A DNA stretch of 64,000 nucleotides, taken from assembly GCA_001770415.1 (NCBI GenBank), contig MEQX01000069.1:9185-73184 (forward strand), in the 5' to 3' direction. Under the pieces are notes generated by a model. It did not search any database and was not told the origin of the DNA. It saw only the letters and a list, made by a program, of their open reading frames with translations. Both the position numbers and the translations under genes were made by a program. Source of the DNA: Betaproteobacteria bacterium RIFCSPLOWO2_02_FULL_63_19 (lineage in GTDB: Bacteria; Pseudomonadota; Gammaproteobacteria; Burkholderiales; SG8-39). This document shows, in pieces, positions 60,118 through 64,000 of the stretch. How positions within the stretch are numbered: the stretch's first letter is position 1; each line of letters starts with the position of its first letter.

Positions 60118-60733
60118 GTACCTCAACCCGCGCCTGCTTTAGCTGCGACTCGTGGACCCGCACCTGTCCGTTCTCGCCGAGCGCAGCGTCACCGGTGTGC
60201 TCGATCCGATGAGCCGGCTCGCGGTCGGGACGGCTCTGGACGCCCGACAGTTCGTCTCCGATCCGTTCTTTCCTGACGCCTTCAAGAAGTACGTACTCAG
60301 AATCGACGTTCCGGTGAAATCCCGCCAGGAAAGCGTCATTGGCGTGCTCGGAGGACGTTACGACATACAGGAGGCGCTGCAATCGCTGGCAAATACCGCT
60401 CGCTTCAACGCCAGCGGCTACGCCGTGGTGGTCTCGCACACCGGCCGGGCGGTCGCACATCCCGACCCCAAGCGCGTCAACGACGACCTCTCCGGTGCGG
60501 TCAATGCCATGGTCCGCGGTCTGCGAGAAAGAGATACCATCAAGCAGGTGTTCGGCCAGTACGTCGCCGGCCACTACAAGCGGCCGGACCTGTTCAAGCT
60601 CATACTCGATATTCGCCAGCAAGCGCAATTCCGGCCCGCGGAGGATTCACTGAACGAGATTGCGAACGCAGGTCCCCTCGAGTTGCAGCCACCGGCGCCG
60701 GTGGCGAAGCGCATGAACTCCGCGTCCGAATAA
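60118..60733 (+). pseudogene. Chimeric remnant: deleted copy of the dCache cyclase fused to a nitrilase-like C-terminus
   Basis: Matches 45231-45608 then 45970-46054; CAG to TAG stop near 60140; ends GHYKRPDLFKL. Confidence 0.8.
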
Positions 60734-60825
60734 TGCGGACTTGATCGGCTCGGCCCTTCGCTTGTCGAGCATTCCGCCACGGTCAAGCGATTACCCGAAA
60801 CGTAGCAGATTGAATCGGAAGCCAT

Positions 60826-61818
60826 ATGAACGAAATCGACCTGACGATATCGACGTGGGACTACGACCGTGTGCGCGCGCTGATCGACGGGCGCGTCCGG
60901 GTCGAAGGTTGCCGCCTGAACTACATTGCACTGAGCCCGGAGGAGTGTTTCCACCGCGGTCATTTTTTCAAGGAGTTCGAGGCCACGGAAATCGGTTGCA
61001 GCTTCTACCTCAACGCGATTTCGATCGGCGACCTTTCCTACCGCGCAATTCCGGTCTTCCTTTCACGTACCTTCCGGCATTCCGGAATTTATGTCCGGAG
61101 CGACAGCGGAATCAAGACGCCCGGGGATCTGAGAGGTCGCCGGGTTGGAGTACCCGAGTACCAGATGACGGCGGCGATCTGGATTCGCGGCATGCTCAAG
61201 GACCAGTTTGGCGTCGACTACGCCGACATCAACTGGGTCGAAGGCGGGCTCGAGGAATGGGGCCGCAAGAGCAAGATCAAGCTGACGCTGCCGCCTGGAT
61301 TCCCGCTGGAACAATCGCCGCAGGGCCGGTCGCTGAACCAAATGCTTGTGGCGGGCGATCTCGATGCCGTGATCGGCGCGCGAGCCCCGTCGTGCTTCAT
61401 CGAAGGTGATCCGCGCGTGCGCCGCCTGTTCGATGACTTCAAGAGCGCTGAGAAGGAATATTTCGCGCAATCGGGGATATTCCCCATCATGCATTGCCTG
61501 GCCATCCGCGGTGACGTCGCCGACAGGCATCCCTGGCTCGCCACCAGCCTCTTGAAGGCATTCGAAGAAGCCAAACGCATAGCCGACCAAGACCTGGAAG
61601 AGGTGGCCGCGCTGAAAATCGGGCTACCGTGGCTGGCACAGGAACTGGCCGAGACCAAGGCGGTGATGGGCGAGAACTTCTGGTCCTACGGCGTGCCGGA
61701 CAACCGGAAAACGCTGGACGCGATGGTCCGCTACGCGTACGAGCAGGGCGTCGCGGCGCGCCCGCTCAAGATGGAAGAGGTGTTCATCGCTTCGACCGTG
61801 AACACCGCGAAGATCTGA
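60826..61818 (+). CDS. 4,5-dihydroxyphthalate decarboxylase-like protein (substrate-binding-protein fold)
   Basis: DYDRVRALIDGRV, IPVFLSR.FRHS, GVPEYQMTAA.WIRG, GIFPIMH, WSYG. Confidence 0.88.
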   Translation: MNEIDLTISTWDYDRVRALIDGRVRVEGCRLNYIALSPEECFHRGHFFKEFEATEIGCSFYLNAISIGDLSYRAIPVFLSRTFRHSGIYVRSDSGIKTPGDLRGRRVGVPEYQMTAAIWIRGMLKDQFGVDYADINWVEGGLEEWGRKSKIKLTLPPGFPLEQSPQGRSLNQMLVAGDLDAVIGARAPSCFIEGDPRVRRLFDDFKSAEKEYFAQSGIFPIMHCLAIRGDVADRHPWLATSLLKAFEEAKRIADQDLEEVAALKIGLPWLAQELAETKAVMGENFWSYGVPDNRKTLDAMVRYAYEQGVAARPLKMEEVFIASTVNTAKI

Positions 61819-62209
61819 CGGGCGGCGCTCCGCTTACTCCGCCGCCGCCGCTACCGGTCTTCGCCCGCGGCTTCGATCGTCTGCACAGGGTGCGGCTCCT
61901 GTCTGCTTCGAAGCAGATTTTCTGTTGAGCCTACTGGTACTTGCCAGACGCCAAGTTTTCCGCGACGGGCACACATGGCATCGTCGTTGCCCTGCGTGAC
62001 CGGTGTCGAGCGGCTCGCCCCACAGAAACGAGCGGGCCGCACCTCCTGCGGCGCATGCCGACAGGCCCTGGTCGGCACCGCTTGCTTACCGATGGTGTAG
62101 CCGGCAAATGATGGTCTTTAGCTTAGGCTCATCGGCCTTTCGACGGATCGCCGGACACTGACCTCAATTTCGGCGGTTGCCAATGCTGTCTAGCGGGTCC
62201 TAGCGGCCG

Positions 62210-64000
62210 TCATACGCGCGTCGAGATCGATCTTAGACGCATCAGTTTCGGCGAGATCGCGACCGCAGTCGCGCCTAGACCTGCAGCGGGGAAGACGATT
62301 CCCGGAGCGATCAACAAGAGGCCACCGGCCAGGACAACCAGTCGCTGAAACGAATTGAGCGAGCCGAAAAGATATCCCTGTATTCCCGCTGCGACCAGAG
62401 CCGAACCGACAAAGGCCGTTCCGCCGGCCAGGGCAACTTGGCCTACAGAGCCGTTCATCAACAGCCTGTCGTTGAAGACAAACGCGAACGGGATCAAATA
62501 GGCTGCAATGCCGATCCGCATTGCCTCCCAGCCAGTCTGCCACACCTTGCTGTTTGCGATGCTTGATGTGACGAAAACGGCGATGCAGGTCGGTGGCGTA
62601 TAGAAAGACGCGAGCCCCCAATAAATGACGTAGAGATGCGCCGCCATTTCCGAGACGCCCAGGCGCACTAATGCGGGTGCCATCAAGGTTGCGAGAGTCA
62701 CGTACGCCGGCGTCGCGTCGAGCCCCATACCAACGACCAGACTGACGAGCCCGACGAACACTAGGGTCAGAAGCAAATTGCCGCCCGCAAGTTCGACGAT
62801 GAAGCGAGAGACTTTTATTCCTACGCCAGAGAGTTCAAGCGCGCCGATCATGATTCCAACGGCCGCGGTAATCGACGCGACGGTGATCCAGCGATGAACT
62901 CCCTCGTCGAACGCCGATACGATTCTCCGCGGAGTCAACCAAAGCGAGGGGTCGCGCGAAACGAAGCTGGTTGCCACGACAAATCCGCACGCATAAATGC
63001 CGGCCATTCCGGGCGGATAAGAGCTGATGATCAGGAAATAGACCAGGGCAGCGACTGGAATCATGTAATACCAGCCGCGTCTGAATACCGGCCAGAAACG
63101 CGGCAGCTCGGCTTCTGCGAGCGCCTTTATCCCGGCTTTTTTCGCCTGCAGATGTACCGAAACGAAGACGATCAGAAAATAGAGGAAGGCCGGAACGAGC
63201 GCAGCCGCGACCACCGCGGAATAGGAAACCTCGATCCACTCCGCCATAAGGAAGGCCATCGCGCCCATGACCGGCGGAAGGATGATCCCGCCGGTAGACG
63301 CGACCGCCTCGACCGCTGCAGCGAAGGCGGGTGTATAGCCGATCGACTTCATCATCGGAATCGTGAAGACGCCGGTGGTGGCGGCATTGCTGGAAGGCGA
63401 CCCCGAAATCGAGCCGAACATGGCACTTGCCACAACCGCCGCCTTGGCGGGGCCTCCGCACAACCTTCCAGTGAGCGCCAGAGCCGTGTCCATGAACCAG
63501 CGGCTTGCGCCCGCGGCCTGCATCAGCGCGCCAAAGATGAGGAATACGATGATGATATTGGCGGCGATGCCGAGGGGAAGTCCGAATATGCCGGCGCTTC
63601 CGACGTAGGAACTGTAGAGCAGGCGATGGAGCGGATAGCCGCGGCCATACAAGAGCCCGGGCAGATATCTCTGGAAGATCGTAACTAAAACGAAAAAGAG
63701 AATAATGACCGGTAATGCCCATCCGGTCGTTCGCCGCACCGCCTCAAGCAGGGGAATTACCAGCATCATCGACAGGACCATGCCGGCTGTATCCAGATAG
63801 CCGTACTCGGCATAGTTCAGAATGCTCTGATAGGAGAATATGACGAAACACGTGCTGACGAGAGTAAAACCCAGCAGGAGATAGTCGTACCAACGCACCC
63901 GTGGTGGCCGCCGTTCGTCGTTGGCGCCACCTACCTGCCGCGCTCGATGCGCCGGCAGCGTCAGAAAGATCAACGTCATCGCCGCGCTGAGGCTAACGGC
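62210..64000 (-). CDS. TRAP transporter 4TM/12TM fused permease (5' end outside the window)
   Basis: GIFGLPL, GGPAKAAVVAS, EAVASTGG...PPVMGA, GMG, TPP. Confidence 0.93.
   Translation of the reverse strand, partial: AVSLSAAMTLIFLTLPAHRARQVGGANDERRPPRVRWYDYLLLGFTLVSTCFVIFSYQSILNYAEYGYLDTAGMVLSMMLVIPLLEAVRRTTGWALPVIILFFVLVTIFQRYLPGLLYGRGYPLHRLLYSSYVGSAGIFGLPLGIAANIIIVFLIFGALMQAAGASRWFMDTALALTGRLCGGPAKAAVVASAMFGSISGSPSSNAATTGVFTIPMMKSIGYTPAFAAAVEAVASTGGIILPPVMGAMAFLMAEWIEVSYSAVVAAALVPAFLYFLIVFVSVHLQAKKAGIKALAEAELPRFWPVFRRGWYYMIPVAALVYFLIISSYPPGMAGIYACGFVVATSFVSRDPSLWLTPRRIVSAFDEGVHRWITVASITAAVGIMIGALELSGVGIKVSRFIVELAGGNLLLTLVFVGLVSLVVGMGLDATPAYVTLATLMAPALVRLGVSEMAAHLYVIYWGLASFYTPPTCIAVFVTSSIANSKVWQTGWEAMRIGIAAYLIPFAFVFNDRLLMNGSVGQVALAGGTAFVGSALVAAGIQGYLFGSLNSFQRLVVLAGGLLLIAPGIVFPAAGLGATAVAISPKLMRLRSISTRV

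Noticed and set aside
1-64000. Many long overlapping ORFs (e.g. 14445-16469 -, 52440-54779 +, 57379-59202 +, 43975-45786 -)
   Set aside because: Shadow frames of high-GC genes with Arg/Pro/Ala-rich, motif-free translations. Only the last 176 aa of 52440-54779 (the biotin carrier) look real.
1-64000. CRISPR array, tRNA, rRNA, riboswitch or sigma-54 promoter
   Set aside because: None recognised by eye. The TGGCAC hits near 29309, 36272 and 42843 lack a correctly spaced TTGC. A covariance-model search would be needed to exclude ncRNAs.

Overview
GC-rich bacterial window, probably from a Betaproteobacterium (judged from protein style only). It is a mosaic accessory region with no rRNA, tRNA, CRISPR array, integrase or transposase that I can recognise. 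About 1-35 kb is a patchwork of mostly stand-alone metabolic, transport and signalling genes: TctCBA, OCD-like, RlpA, COX15, PpgK, maleylacetate reductase, Idi, an orphan Mo-hydroxylase large subunit, AOR, QueG-like, ZntB and a two-kinase pair. About 35.5-50.7 kb is rich in exported or surface proteins and includes a dCache-HAMP adenylate cyclase. About 51-64 kb is a catabolic island. Two candidate undescribed systems stand out. (1) A TAXI-TRAP / biotin-carrier / carboxyltransferase / M29-like operon (51.2-57.3 kb). Its carboxyltransferase has lost three of four canonical metal ligands but keeps the substrate- and biotin-handling residues, and no biotin carboxylase is present in the window. 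(2) A co-oriented trio of exported proteins (35.5-42.6 kb): a crystallin/pentapeptide-repeat lipoprotein, a 1109-aa Tat lipoprotein with a hydrophobic helical core and an NHL propeller, and a small secreted protein. The window also has several gene fragments joined at short homologies and two 1-nt homopolymer frameshifts that may be sequencing errors. All family assignments come from motif recognition by eye, not database searches.
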